Shown: positions 36,798-49,793, counted from the stretch's first letter. The stretch is 64,000 nucleotides of DNA from Azolla caroliniana (GCA_043228905.1 JBHGNT010000014.1:15934001-15998000); one strand, 5' to 3'. Numbers and translations: made by a program. Notes: generated from the letters alone by a model not told the origin.

Positions 36798-38720
36798 TAC
36801 ACATATATATATGACTATGTATATATATGTATGTGTGTATTCGTCTGAACTTTTATTCGACCGAATCCCATTTCGGCTTTTTGGTCGATTTCGGCCAACC
36901 AACTCTCATTTTAGCTTTTTGGTCGATTTCAGCCAACCGACTCTCTTTTCGGCTTCCTGACCGATTTCGGCCAGCCGAACTCATTTCGGCTTTCCGGCCG
37001 ACTCCCCAACAAGGAGGGACAATCTTATATAACACAATTGACTTACCACTAAGCCAAGTCATTTCTTTAAAAGTTATATTTTCTATTATATTCTTCACAT
37101 GTAAAGACCCTAAAGGTCGTAAGGCACGATGGGCAAATCTCATCCAAGACTTTGATTTTTCCATAAGATATCGTAAAGGTTCCATGAACATTGTCGTTGA
37201 TGCACTAAGTCGCATCCGTGAAGTTAACATGCTTACCTTCACTAAAATAACACAAGATCTTTATGATCACCTTCAAGGAAAGTATCCTGATGACAGTTAT
37301 TTTGCGAAATACTGGGCAAGAGTTGAGTCTGGAACAGACATCACCACATCCTCGAAGGAATACTTCCACATTGCTAACAGTCTACTCTATCGTAATGGGA
37401 AGGTTTGTGTTCAAGATTTGCCTAAGGTAAAAAAGATAATTCTTTTTGAATGCCATGATGCACCCTTAGTAGGCACCTTGGAATACATCGTACACTCATT
37501 CTCATCTCCACTCAATTCTATTGGCCTAAGATGTGTCCTGGCATACATAGTTATGTGACTAAATGTCACCAGTGTCAAGTTAACAAAGTCAAGTGACTTA
37601 AAGCCGCAAGACTTTTACATCCCTTGGACATTCCCAATAATAAGTGGGAAAGTATATCAATGGATTTTATTGTTAGCCTTCCTTGCACCCAAAAAGGCTA
37701 TGATGCCATCTGGGTTGTGGTTGATTGACTAACTAAAATGACCATATTTATTGCTACTAAAACCACGGTAACAGTTCATGAATGGGCTTACTAATTTGTT
37801 GATGAGTTATTTCAATTTTATGGGTTACCGATGGATATCATGAGTGATCAAGATCCAAAGTTTACTAGCGACTTCTGGACGTAAGTCTTTAAGAAGTTAG
37901 AAACTACATTGAGCATGAGCTCCACGGATCATCCTCAATCCAATGGAAAGGCAGAACGAGTAAATCAAATTATTGAGGACATGCTCCGTGCATATGTTAG
38001 TACAAAACCAACAAAATGAGAACATTATCTCCCAATTTTGGAGTTTGTTTATAACAGCTCCAAGCATACGTCGACGGGATATAGTCCTTTTATGTTGATG
38101 TATGGTTTTCAACCACGAGCCCCAGTTGATGTTAATATACATCATGATGAGTTGCGAAGTACGCAAAACTTTCTTCGGGATATACAAGATATGTTGCATA
38201 TTGCACAAGATAATATAAAAACAGCTCAAGATAGAGCGCGTTTTTATGCCGATCATAATAGGCAACCTCGTGTATTCAACCCTAGACAAAAGGTATTTTC
38301 ACGTGTACCTCACAATTCTAAGGCACTATCTACGAGTAAGTGCGCTAAGTTAGCCCCACGGTTTGTGGAACTTTTACAGTCCTCAAACACATTGGTTCAT
38401 CAGCCTATCGTCTAACTCTTCCTGATGGCGTTGAAACTCATCTAGTTTTTCATGTAAGTCGTCTAAAAGAACTTCTAGGTTATGGTGACAATACAGTGAC
38501 AACTGAAACTCTGGTTACTTCTGAAGAATTATCTTCTAAACCACATGTGCCAAAAAGAATTCTCGATGTTAAAACAAAAAAATTGCGTTCTAAAATAATC
38601 AGAGAATTTAAAATTAAATGGATGGATAAGTCTATAAAAGATGCCACATGGGAACACGAAAATACTCTTAGAACTAACTTCCCTAAGTTTTCATTACAAG
38701 AGTGTAATGTTTTGACTACG
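34535..38720 (+). mobile_element. Degenerate chromovirus (Ty3/gypsy with chromodomain)
   Basis: gag/CCHC (CVFCKNKGHTKEQC), protease (FDSGSSHNFV), RT ([25 protein letters not shown]), RNase H tail (GRKARW...IRYRKG), integrase (EFVYNSSKHTSTGYSPF), chromodomain (PKRILDVK...IKW...DATWE). LTRs not identified. Confidence 0.9.
36611..37011. mobile_element. Solo-LTR-like insert (401 bp) without matching TSD
   Basis: TGTTG...CAACA termini; internal (CA)n and ~35-bp repeats; flanks cgtga and aggag differ. Confidence 0.7.
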
Positions 38721-39598
38721 TCGAGACTCTGACATTGTGGTGGGCCAACTCTTGTAGCTAAATTCAAGTCTACTTGGGTAAACTATATGGAACCCCCTTA
38801 CATGTCCCAATTGTTCGCACACTAGATTCTTTGAGTTATAGGCATAGTTTAGAGCCATCAATAGCCAAGTATTGTCACCAACAGGACTTTTATTTTCTTG
38901 GAGTACCAACCAAACATAACCATTTTAGACTACATATGTTATTGAACAAAGGTGGATGCAACATTATAACAAAAAGAAAACTTGTACATGCAATGGAATG
39001 TGGTACTTATAATTCATGAATGCTATCAAGATTGCATATCCCAAAATCATACAAATAATCATCCTTGATAATTGGCCAAGTCCGCTTTAAACCTTTAAAG
39101 TTTTGTTCCATAAAACAAGTTGAAAGAGTTGTCGTTGCTATTGTTCCATGCCGATTTCAAATTTCTTTTGTGCAATCTTTGGGCAATCCTTGTTATTTGT
39201 TTTGAGTGTGTAAATAAATGTACACTATTTGTTAGTTATAATCCTTTTTGCAGCATTTCATATCCGTTCCCTCTATGTTTTGTTTTAACCTTATTAACTT
39301 CATATTTAACCGGCATTATTGTTTACAGGATTGACTCATGAATTTGAAAGCTTTCCCACACTCGCAGACCATATAACTTCCCTTCAACCAATTCATAGAA
39401 TCCCTTTTCATATCTTTACTTCTTTAGTTGCATCCTTCAATGAGTTTTGTTGTCCAAGGGGCTACTACAGCTTTGGTAAATTCACAATTCCCCGATCCTT
39501 ATTTATTTGCAGCAGCATTGTCATCTAACCGTGGGTTTTGGACCGTACGCCATTGCGCTTTTCTTGTCTTATATAATTTTTCCCATTCTCGTAGCAAC

Positions 39599-39880
39599 TA
39601 GGAATCAGCAACAGTTCGGTTTCGGCTTAACCGGTTTGGCCTTGTCCACACCAAACAGGTTAAGTCTTAACCTGTTTGGGAGTTTCCACATTTGAACCTA
39701 GTCGGGTCCTAAAGTGGATAAGGCTAACAGGTTAAGCCTAAACCGGGGGTTTGGCCCAAATCGGTTCAGTTCGGCATGAGCCATCCCAAACCGGTTAAGG
39801 AAGCTCATGCCTAAACCGAACCACCAAACCGTTTTTAAACGGTTCGGTTCAAGCTTGCGCCGAGCCATTGCCAATTCCTG
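39599..39880. mobile_element. hAT-type MITE (282 bp)
   Basis: Imperfect TIRs taggaatcagcaa / ttgccaattcctg; 8-bp TSD gtagcaac / gtggcaac; subterminal aaccg/cggtt motifs. Confidence 0.8.
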
Positions 39881-39929
39881 GTGGCAACATCACCTAGCAT
39901 CACCATCTCCATCTCCATCATTGTCATAA

Positions 39930-42131
39930 TCATCTCAAAGGTATCCAGCTCTTCATGCACGACCACGCAAGCCTGCGTTTCTTGACATCATCTCCTGAGC
40001 TGCTGCATGATCTCAATGCCTCCAGCTCCCTTAAGCTCTTATGAAGCTTGCTCTGTGCACTCGAGCACGCAGCTCTAGCGTCTTTTGCTTCCGCCCGAGC
40101 CTCGAAAAGCTCTCTTCTCAGTTTCTCCAGTTCCTCCACCACAGCTTTGCCTACCTTCAATGACGATGATGATGATAGCGTTGTCGTGCAAAACATTCTA
40201 GTCTCTTTTTGCACTTCTAAATGGCCTTCCTCATCTCCATCTCCCTTCACTTCAATCTGAGCATCTTCCAGCTTGCCGTTAGTAGCTGCCATTGCAGCAC
40301 TATAATGTCCAACTTTAGTTACATCAAGAGTCTTATTGGCATTGTGTCCTTGCCGATTATAAGTGGCCAGAGCTTTTAAAGCCTCACCGAGGACCTGCAA
40401 TAGTTCAGAAACATCGGCAGCAAAACCTGTGAAATTAGCACATGAACCGTATACTTCCCTCGTCCTAAGCTCGATCAGATATCTTTCTTTCTTCGCAGAG
40501 AGCCCCAAAGTTAAGGCTCTAGCTTTCACCTCCATTTCTAACAATCTGCCATGGAGATCCACCAATTCAGCTTCCTTCTTTTCGAGTTCGCACATGAGAG
40601 TTGTTGTCGTCCTATTATTTCTACATACTTGGTCCTTGAGAGCTTGCAATTCCACTTGGTTTTCTTCGAGCTCCATAACCAGTGCAGCAAGCTTATGATC
40701 TGTACTTGATTGCTCTAGATTAAGCATACACCTACCACACTCTGTATCCCAATTAGCAGCCAATTTGCACTCAAGCGATGAAGAAGAAGAGCATTTGCTC
40801 GCTTGATCTTGCAACTCCCATCTGCTTTCTGTAACTTCAGCTTGTAGCAAATAAAGCTTCGCAACTGCAGAGGTTTCCCTTTCTTTGAGAGCCATTATTT
40901 CTGCTTGATTTCTCTCTGCCATTTCTACCAGGCTGGCAGTTAGCTCTGCTATTTTAGCCTTCGCATTCCATTCCCTGCGTTGTGATTCAAGGGCATCCAC
41001 TAGGTTTTGCTCAAGCTGAACTTTGAGAAACTCGAGGGAGGAAGATAAAACACTCCCTTGTAAAGCCATGGCCAATGCGATTTCGTGTGCACCCTCAAGG
41101 TCTTTGGAGGCCTTGTCAAGCAAACCAAGGGCTACAATTTCGGCATTTCTCGCCTCTTCTCTTTCAAAGAGTGCTGCTTCCAGCTTGGCTTGAGTATCTA
41201 CTACCACCACATCTAGAGCCTTCTTCCATTCGGCCTCAGCTTTCGCAGCTGCACTGAGTGAAGCTTCCAAAGAAGCTGTTCGATCTCTAAGAATATGTGC
41301 CTCTGAGGAGGCTTTCACCTCAGCAAGCTCCCTTGTGAGGATCTCAACTTCGGCCATTGCCCGAGCAGCTGACTCGGTTGCGTCTTTCAAACTGGCCTCT
41401 CGGTTAGCCAACTCGATTGCCGATTCCCGTGAAATCCTTTCGCAGGCCATGTTCGCCTCCATGAGGTTCTGCTTCGTAACCGCAAGTTCTTCCAGCAGCA
41501 GCTCTTCCATTGCTCCTGATCTACCAGAAGCATCACCAGCAGTAGTCCTAACCAGTTCCTTATCCATCTCAGTGGCAGCACTGGCAGTAGCAGATTCAAT
41601 CTTGGTTCGGAAGAGCTCAATCGAGAGCTCCTCGACGCGTTTGGCTGTAGACTCGGCTGCATTCATCGCCTCTCCAGCAAGCCTCACCGCTTCATCTTTG
41701 GCTTCCACACAAACTAGAAGCTCATACTTCAAACTTCCTAAGGCTTGCTTGTTAAGCTGCAGCTCAAAAAGTGCAACATCATACTGCTCCTTCATGCTAT
41801 CTAGCTTTGCCTTCCATTCCTCTGCGGCTGTGATCATCGTGCTAGTATAGCTTATAACATGGTCATGATTCACATCTAGCATCATCTCTCCATGTGCACA
41901 AGGAGATCGAAGGGCCTTATCTCGTAATTTGGAAGCTTCGTTCACCTCATTGTTAACTTTGATAGTGAGGTGATCCACATTCTTCTTTGCACGTGCGAGG
42001 TCGTGTGCCAAGCTTGACTTCGATTTCTCGAGTAATCCGAGTTGTTCCTTCGCTTTAGCGAGATCTTCCTGCACCTGCTGCAAGTCGAAATCCGAGACCT
42101 TCGCAGCTACTGTTGTTCTTTTCAGCAGCTG
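39930..42131 (-). CDS. WEB-family (DUF827-like) long coiled-coil protein, coding exon 2
   Basis: 2202-bp open exon after a pyrimidine tract and TAG acceptor; LQQVQEDLAKAKEQL, EEWKAKLDSMKEQY and AESTAKRVEELSIEL resemble the WEB1/PMI2-related family. Confidence 0.8.
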   Translation of the reverse strand, partial: QLLKRTTVAAKVSDFDLQQVQEDLAKAKEQLGLLEKSKSSLAHDLARAKKNVDHLTIKVNNEVNEASKLRDKALRSPCAHGEMMLDVNHDHVISYTSTMITAAEEWKAKLDSMKEQYDVALFELQLNKQALGSLKYELLVCVEAKDEAVRLAGEAMNAAESTAKRVEELSIELFRTKIESATASAATEMDKELVRTTAGDASGRSGAMEELLLEELAVTKQNLMEANMACERISRESAIELANREASLKDATESAARAMAEVEILTRELAEVKASSEAHILRDRTASLEASLSAAAKAEAEWKKALDVVVVDTQAKLEAALFEREEARNAEIVALGLLDKASKDLEGAHEIALAMALQGSVLSSSLEFLKVQLEQNLVDALESQRREWNAKAKIAELTASLVEMAERNQAEIMALKERETSAVAKLYLLQAEVTESRWELQDQASKCSSSSSLECKLAANWDTECGRCMLNLEQSSTDHKLAALVMELEENQVELQALKDQVCRNNRTTTTLMCELEKKEAELVDLHGRLLEMEVKARALTLGLSAKKERYLIELRTREVYGSCANFTGFAADVSELLQVLGEALKALATYNRQGHNANKTLDVTKVGHYSAAMAATNGKLEDAQIEVKGDGDEEGHLEVQKETRMFCTTTLSSSSSLKVGKAVVEELEKLRRELFEARAEAKDARAACSSAQSKLHKSLRELEALRSCSSSGDDVKKRRLAWSCMKSWIPLR

Positions 42132-42443
42132 CTAAGAAAAAGAAAACCAGCCATGGTTTTTTAGCATTAGAACAACACCATGTGAAATTTGGTTCCTTCC
42201 CTTCCATCATATGAATAAAATGAAAACAAAATGAGCTAGTCTCAGCTTTCTTGCTATTTTTCCCAAGATTGCATAGAATAGAATGAACAGCAAATTATTG
42301 GAAAATCAGAACTCAATTTCGCTTCCAGATTCCTTCATGATTCTTACAGAACTCAATTTAGGTTTCCAGATTCCTTCATGATTCTCGCAGAACTCAATTT
42401 AGGTTCCAGATACCTTCATGATTCTTACAATGGGAGTATATAC

Positions 42444-42497
42444 CTCTGCGCAGCTTGGAGTGCGGCCACCCGACCTGATTCTTGGAAAGCTCGCCAT
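42444..42497 (-). CDS. WEB-family protein, coding exon 1
   Basis: ATG at 42497, MASFPRIRSGGRTPSCAE, then a GT donor in phase 0 that matches exon 2; total ~751 aa. Confidence 0.7.
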
Positions 42498-42619
42498 GAA
42501 AATGAATTTACAGATTTGCAGCTCTGTTACATAAATACATTTTCAACTCCAAATTTTCTACTGCTCTGTCGTATTCCCACAAAAGTTGATCTCATGCACT
42601 CATTGGCGTATAAGCTCTG

Positions 42620-43710
42620 CTGTGATATAACCCCAAAACCTAGACCTGAATTGGGCCCAAATCTATGTTATAGCCCTAAACCTAAACCTGAATTCGGTAC
42701 GCAGGTGTGACATAACCCTAAACCTGAATTGGGCCCCGAGTTATATTGTAACCCTAACCATGTGTTGGGCCCAAAGAATCTTCCAACCTTAAACCTGGAT
42801 TGAGCCCAGAGCTATGTTATAACCCTTAACCTGGATTCAAGGATTGAACCCAGAACTATGTTAGAACCCTAAACCTTGATTGGGAGGTATGTTAATAACC
42901 TAAAGCTGAATTAGGGCCAGAGCTATGTTATAACCCTAAACCTGGATTGGGCACCGAGTTATGTTATAACCTTCAAGCTCAGTTGGAGCAAGACCAATGG
43001 TACAATCCTAAACCCCAGTTATCTTAAACCCTTAAACCTTAAGCCTGGATTGGATTCAGCGCTATGTTGCAAACCCTAAAACCTTCAAGCTCAGTTGGAG
43101 CAAGACCAATGGTACAACCCTAAACCCCAGTTATCTTAAACCCTTAAACCTTAAGCCTGGATTGGATTCAGCGCTATGTTGCAAACCCTAAAACCTTCAA
43201 GCTCAGTTGGAGCAAGACCAATGGTACAACCCTAAACCCCAGTTATCTTAAACCCTTAAACCTTAAGCCTGGATTGGATGCAGCGCTATGTTGCAAACCC
43301 TAAAACCCGGGTTGGGGTGAGAGCCCTAAAACCCCTGAAATCCTATAAGACCCTAAAACTCTTGAAATCCTATAAGACCCTAAAGCCCCTGAATTCCTAT
43401 AAGACCCTAAAACCCCTGAAATCCTATAGGACCCTAAAACCCCTGAAATCCTATAAAACCCTAAAATCCCTGAAATCCTATAAAACCTTAAAACCCCTGA
43501 AATCCTATTAAACCGTAAACCCCTGTAAAACATTAAAACCCCCTAAAATCCTGTAAAACCTTAAAACCCCCTGAAATCCTGTGAAACCCTAAAACCTCCT
43601 GAACTCCTGTGAAACCCTAAAACCCCCGAACTCCTGTGAAACCCTAAAACCCCCCTGAACTCCTGTAAAACCCTAAAACCCCCTGAACTCCTGCAAAACC
43701 CTAAAACCCA
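42620..43710 (+). repeat. Telomere-like (CCCTAAA-derived) compound satellite: ~40-bp units, 3x112-bp units, then ~14x27-bp units
   Basis: 112-bp copies start at 42969, 43081 and 43193; 27-bp unit ccctaaaacccctgaaatcctataaga from ~43324. Confidence 0.88.
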
Positions 43711-43787
43711 AAAAAAACCTGCACAGGAGTAAAAGCTCTTGAACCTAAGCAGGGGAAACTAAGGTCTTGCATGTAGAATAAGATTAA

Positions 43788-43819
<32 letters not shown>

Positions 43820-46800
43820 AAATTGGAATGATATGATAGAGAGACAAGACATACCAACTGGACACAGCAAAAACACATATGTATACAGTATATGTATTCA
43901 TAGCCAAATTGGACACACACAAACACACACATATGATGAGCTTTCTCTCGGCTTCTTTGATCGTTCTCTCGGTGTTCTTCCAAATGAATATCTCGCAAAT
44001 TTCGTGTCTCATATTTTTGTGCTGGGTTGTTGTATGAGTTCGATCAAAATTATCATTTTTTGGGGTGCTTTGTCCGTGTCTTTGTTCGGTAATCCGAGAA
44101 GCATGTGGAACCAACCTCATGAGTCATTGTTTCTTTCTTTTCGCCTTCGCAAGGCCCTATGCTAGCGAGGTGTTGTTCTTATTGAACGGCGGTACTTCAT
44201 TCTCTTTTTATTCTATGTCAAATGCGTGTGTTTGCAGTAAGGTGCGATTGAAGCTTCTCAATACTCTCACATTCTTGTAGCCTTGCAGTATACAACGTTA
44301 TTGAAACAATGAAAACTAAAGGCTAGTAGCCCATTCACGTTGAAATTATAATCGTACCTTATAACAAGCATGAGCAAAGCTTTTTGCCAATTTACAAAAA
44401 TGATATTAAGCACATTGAATCCAGCTTGCAATCTCTTTAAGCAATGACAGATTTATATATGAATGATCATGTGTTGATACGAACAATAATTTATACATTA
44501 TCAAATACACAGATATACATCCTCAACATGCAAGACATAGGATCAACACTCGTGTAGAATTGTAAATTCCCATTCAGAGATGCAAATATAGCTGATATAA
44601 AAACTCAAAACACAAGGCTTTGTCCATTAAAATAAGCACCATTACGATCCTAATTTCTCAAATTGACGTGCAATTTTAGTTATGGTAATAACTTCTTGCA
44701 AGGGAAAATAATAGAATTTGGCAAAAAAATTGGTGTCCCACACACGCATACACACACACACACACACATATATTCTAGCAAGGATATGGAATTCAGTATT
44801 ATACTCTAGTGAGCAAATAGAATTTATGAAATACAATGGTGGGATTAAGAAAGAAGGAAAAAAAAATTCAGAAGAATTTGAAGATGGATATTCCTTAGAT
44901 GAAGAAAATGTAGCTAGATGGTTCTTGTTAAGGAAATGGTTAATCTCTGTGGTTTTGTGATTTTGTGGTGAGTTCAGAGTTGAGTACAATACGTCCTCAC
45001 ACAAGGAGTATGAGTGATAAAAGAATAAAAGTAATCTCGATCGATGCAAAAGGCCTTCATACAAAGAGTGTGAGTACGAGAGCACAAGGATTTTGACACC
45101 AAGAGCATGATTGCGAGAGCTTAAAGAATGTGAATGATTAGAAATTAAGAGCGGATGCTTTGAACATTATAACTACACTACACAAATATTTATGAACTTA
45201 TATTATCGATGAGTAACTATGGAACTGAGTTAGCACGATTTTGCCACGGTTCTTGTAGTAAGTAAGTAGAACATTCGGAATCTACTCCAATTTCCCAAAT
45301 TCGACACGCACACCCGCATGTGTGTTGATGGTTGTGACTACAAAAGCTCTTGATTACTCAACGAGAAGGACTAGTAGAGACACAACCTTGAAATCCAAAT
45401 GTTCTTGGGAATAGCAATTTCTATGAAGCGCATTGTAATGCACATATGCATCTAGTCTAATGCACATATGCATCTAGTCATTTATTATTGGCATACTTAC
45501 ACCAACTCACTATATTCCCTCACTTGGACCATTCGTAAATAGGCTATGATGATATACCTTTTGGCGAAAGTATTATGACTGCAAATTATACAAAAATCAT
45601 GATTTTGGCTTCTTAAGTAGCTTATAAAATTTGTTCCTATGGTTTCAATGATAGTATTTGTACATTTTACCTCCAATTCCCACTTTGTTTGACTAAAATG
45701 CGATAACCGTATGACTTGGCAAATCAACATTACAAGAATGCAACTTTTACTTGTCCAAGTAACTTATATATTTGACATGACACGGTCCATCATAACACCA
45801 TACCCAATGTCAACTATCTTGCTAGTTTGTAGATGTAAACACCATACACTTCAAATGTCAAGGATACCTTCTAAGAAGCAACCTACAAATCCATGTTTAT
45901 TGTTATTGTAATTATTTTGTGGTTGTATTCATTCATTGAAATGCTCAAGTTTCTTGGAGCATCTTTGGGCTTTGTGGCAATCCAAACTTACATTTATGAT
46001 AGTCTCCATAGAAGGTCAAGGAACCTCAACTAATTTGAAATGCATGCATGGTTTTCAAACCCAAGCTTAGCCACTTCCATAAATCTCTTTATATGATCCT
46101 TGGGATTTTGCAACCAACAGTATGGGTCAATTGAAGCTTTGTTGTTTGATACTAAATCATAAGGGCCATATTTCAAGATTACACACAACCATTCATTAGT
46201 GAATTGGACCTTCCAAAAAATGTTGCATGAAGGCATCTTTGTTGGGATACATTTGTTTATGTTATAACTTTACAAGCTTGATGTTGTCACACATTCCATA
46301 ATACAAAATGTGAAAACAATAGATATTATTGCCCTTTAAAATAAAACATGAAAATATAGTACTAAAGGTCCTTGAAGAAACCCTAGCGTGAACAAGTTGT
46401 ACATATTTATTTGTTAGATTATGCACATACATCTAACAAGTGTGTATTGTTCTTAGCTCTAAAGCAAATTGGGAAGCATTGCCTTCATTTTGTACACAAT
46501 AGGACATTAGATACTTTACCCATATCTACCTCCATCTCACAATTTAATAATTTATAACCCTACATTATTAAACTAAATGATGGTATGGTGGCAAAGATTG
46601 TGCTTAAAGCTTAAAGTTGAGTGTTCAATATCGCATTCATTTTAATGTTTCTTAATTTGACATCATGTACACTAATAGTTTCTCCTAAAAATGACTTTAC
46701 ACAACCAAGAGTTGAAAATGGTAATATTGCCTCTAAATGAAAATGTTAATAAATTCATATTCATGGCCTTACATGAACTAATTTAAATACATGAAGTGAG

Positions 46801-48091
46801 CATATAGAGACAAAATGGCACTTTGTGAATGAATCTCTCTAAAATAAGTGAGAAATTAAGAAAACAAAAAAAAACATTTTAGCTCAACAAAAAGGACTCC
46901 AACATGCACATAAAAATCTTTCTAGTATCATAGTATGCACAAATTTCTAGATTAAAATCTTGAGGTCTAATATTAAAAAGGACCACATGCTCAACTACAA
47001 CTTACCCAAATTTCTTGAAACCCAAAACTAATAGAAACCCAAACAAGAATAGATCAAGGTTATGTCAACAAAATTCATCAAGCACAAATAACACCAATAA
47101 ATACACTGCAGGAATACTTGATATCCTACACCCACTATCACAATCCTATTCCTCTACAATGGGGAGATCTACATCCGAGTTACAACAATGTACCAACAAG
47201 AAAGCGCTAGAATACTTGTTGTGTGTTATTCATGTTCATAAATCAACTAGGGAGTACAAATAATGTGATAACTATCACAACACTGCCACTAGGTTAAGGT
47301 GCACTTCCCCTATCCCTTAAAATGGACAGCACTACTTTAACAACAGAGGTCGGTCAGCAATACGTGTTCGAAAAACTTCCTAATATAAACCCCCATGTTT
47401 CATTGAGGATGCTAAAGATCAATAAGCAAGTCACAGTGAAGACTTGCCAATCTAGCAGCAAAATTCTAGAGTTCCTATGTGCTTTTCATTATTTCTCAGT
47501 TTCGTACAAAAGATAAATCGCTCACTTGCTAAACTGGAACCCATAGAAGTCAAAACATCAAGTAAACTATGTATTCTACACTTTACAAATTTATACAAGA
47601 GTGCGATGTGATCAAATAAATAAATCAAAGCCATTAAAAAATTTCAACCTAAGATGCTTAAAATTGCAGAGTTTCTATTTGGTAACAAAGGTGTCTAGAT
47701 AAGAATGTCATGACAGCCCACAGCTCGAGTTCCACATAGGTTTTTTTCATCTATGCACATTAGCAAATCATGATGTCTCAAGCAACATCAGAGAATACAA
47801 TTACATAAACCTTGCTATACATGCACAAATATGCATTGGCTTTCCGATAAAAAGACAAAAAAAAAACTATAAAATCCAGCCTGGCTTTTGGGAGACTCAC
47901 ATCGTAAATGTCCCGGGCTCCATAACCTTCTGCTGATTATGTTTCCAAATTGCTAAAAATTATAAAGCCGATGTATCCTCACTTAAGAGGCACAATGCAA
48001 AGCAAGGATAACCAAAACAAAAAACAAGTTCATCACATTGCATTGCACCCCAGCTCAACTGATAGTTTTGCTATTTATCCACCCATATGAT

Positions 48092-49414
48092 TCACTGGGG
48101 CCAATGTTTTTGACTTCTGTAGAGTTCTGGCCTTGACATAGGAAGCATGCCCCTGTTAGATGCTAGATAAAACTGTGCTGCAGGAGTTGCTCCTGCATCC
48201 CCTCCTTCCAATGGTACTGGTGACGACAATAACAATGGTGCAGTCGGCGGCATACTTTGCCAGCTTCTATTGTTTCCCGGTGCCTGTGTACCAGGGTCAA
48301 TGGATGGTGTTTCTGGACACCACTCTGGCATATCATCATCATTCCAAAGTCTGCTTGCCCGTCCCCTATGTCCAGCACTCATGGTGGTAGATTCATCAGA
48401 AGACATATGAGGTCGCCCATACAAAGATGTGCCTGATAGCAGTCCTGGATGTTGACTAGACCCTACATGTATGTGACTTGTTTGTGCATGTAATGATAGA
48501 GGTCTTGTTTGCTCCAGTTGACCAGATGCATGAGAAAAAATTAGTCTTGGAAATGATGGCTGCAAGCCAGATATATTTGATGTTTCATGCTGGGAATTGA
48601 ACCTCCCAGCATGTTGCTGTGAAGGGTTCCCTACAGAATTCTGAATGTGAGGAGCTTGCATATGAAGGGGAAGAGTTCCAGGAGGAACTTCAGAATGTTG
48701 GGCACTACTATATGGCAAAATAGTCTGCGCAGAAAATTCATACTCTGGAAGATCGTCACTTTCGTCCATTGCAAACCTACGTTTCATAGCTTTTGGTCCA
48801 AATCCAGGCGGCAAATCATCGCCAATATTTAATTCTTGCTTCAAATCTTTCTCTAACCCTTCAGATTTGCCCCTGCCAGACCTAGAGCCTTGGAAGGATC
48901 TAGAAAACTCCAAGGGCTCACATGTGCGTTGCTCTCGTATGTTTGACGTGCACTTATTTGTCAGACTAATCATGCCACCTTCAACATTTTTATTAGGTAT
49001 TGAAACATCTTTTTGCAAGTTTACAAAAGACACTGGAGCATGATGATTTTCATACTCTTTGGAAGTTGGTAATGGAAGAAGAGGGGCTTTAGATCTAGCA
49101 ATAATATTTCCACTCCATTGGATTCCATTAGGGCGTGTTGGAGAATCCAGTTGTGCTGATAAAGCACTCTTGTTTGCATTGAAGTAGTGACCGGATGGTT
49201 TATGGGTAGTCGTCGATGGTATAAGGCTTCGTCTGCACACAACAAAACCAACTAGCAACCCTTCTTCCTCAACCAAAACCTGATCTACGGTAAGATATCC
49301 ATGATCAACGAGCAGCCTTAAAGAGTTACCACTTCCGGGAAACAGGTAAAGTTCATATCCTGGAAGTGGCTCGGCATAGCCTACTCTTTCTCCTCGTTGA
49401 TATTGGTTGGCAGC
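48092..49414 (-). CDS. TFIIS-central/SPOC domain (BORDER-like) protein, coding exon 5
   Basis: CAG acceptor; ERVGYAEPLPGYELYL...LVGFVVCRR (SPOC end), DDLPPGFGP, DDLPEYEF, DDDMPEW; TGA at 48092. Confidence 0.9.
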   Translation of the reverse strand, partial: AANQYQRGERVGYAEPLPGYELYLFPGSGNSLRLLVDHGYLTVDQVLVEEEGLLVGFVVCRRSLIPSTTTHKPSGHYFNANKSALSAQLDSPTRPNGIQWSGNIIARSKAPLLPLPTSKEYENHHAPVSFVNLQKDVSIPNKNVEGGMISLTNKCTSNIREQRTCEPLEFSRSFQGSRSGRGKSEGLEKDLKQELNIGDDLPPGFGPKAMKRRFAMDESDDLPEYEFSAQTILPYSSAQHSEVPPGTLPLHMQAPHIQNSVGNPSQQHAGRFNSQHETSNISGLQPSFPRLIFSHASGQLEQTRPLSLHAQTSHIHVGSSQHPGLLSGTSLYGRPHMSSDESTTMSAGHRGRASRLWNDDDMPEWCPETPSIDPGTQAPGNNRSWQSMPPTAPLLLSSPVPLEGGDAGATPAAQFYLASNRGMLPMSRPELYRSQKHWPQ

Positions 49415-49600
49415 CTGCAGTGGTTCATTATCCCACTATCAGAATACTTATAATCCATATTAACTTTCCTGACTATAAAAACAACTGATTTAGACATAGA
49501 AAATTCTGCCTAATTTAATCACCAATAGCATGAGTTTCTGAGACTACATAATGCATCATCACTCATGATAAATGAAGCTAGACAATCTTCTCACTCTCAC

Positions 49601-49666
49601 CTCTTTCAAAGCATTTATGGAAGCCACATGATCTGATTCTTTCCGATCTACTTGGCATGTTGTAAC
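49601..49666 (-). CDS. BORDER-like protein, coding exon 4
   Basis: 66-bp phase-0 exon VTTCQVDRKESDHVASINALKE with AG/GT boundaries. Confidence 0.85.
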
Positions 49667-49793
49667 CTGAAAGAAAATAATGCATAAAGTTTATATCAAA
49701 CAAGAAAATCATTTCATGAAATGCCTCATGCATCAGAGCAATAAATTAATGGAATTTCCAAAACGCATTTATCTTTTTGATGTGTTAGCTTAC

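Noticed and set aside
43278-43533. ORFs with 9-aa repeats (LKPLKSYKT)
   Set aside because: Translation of a 27-bp satellite; later units break the frame.
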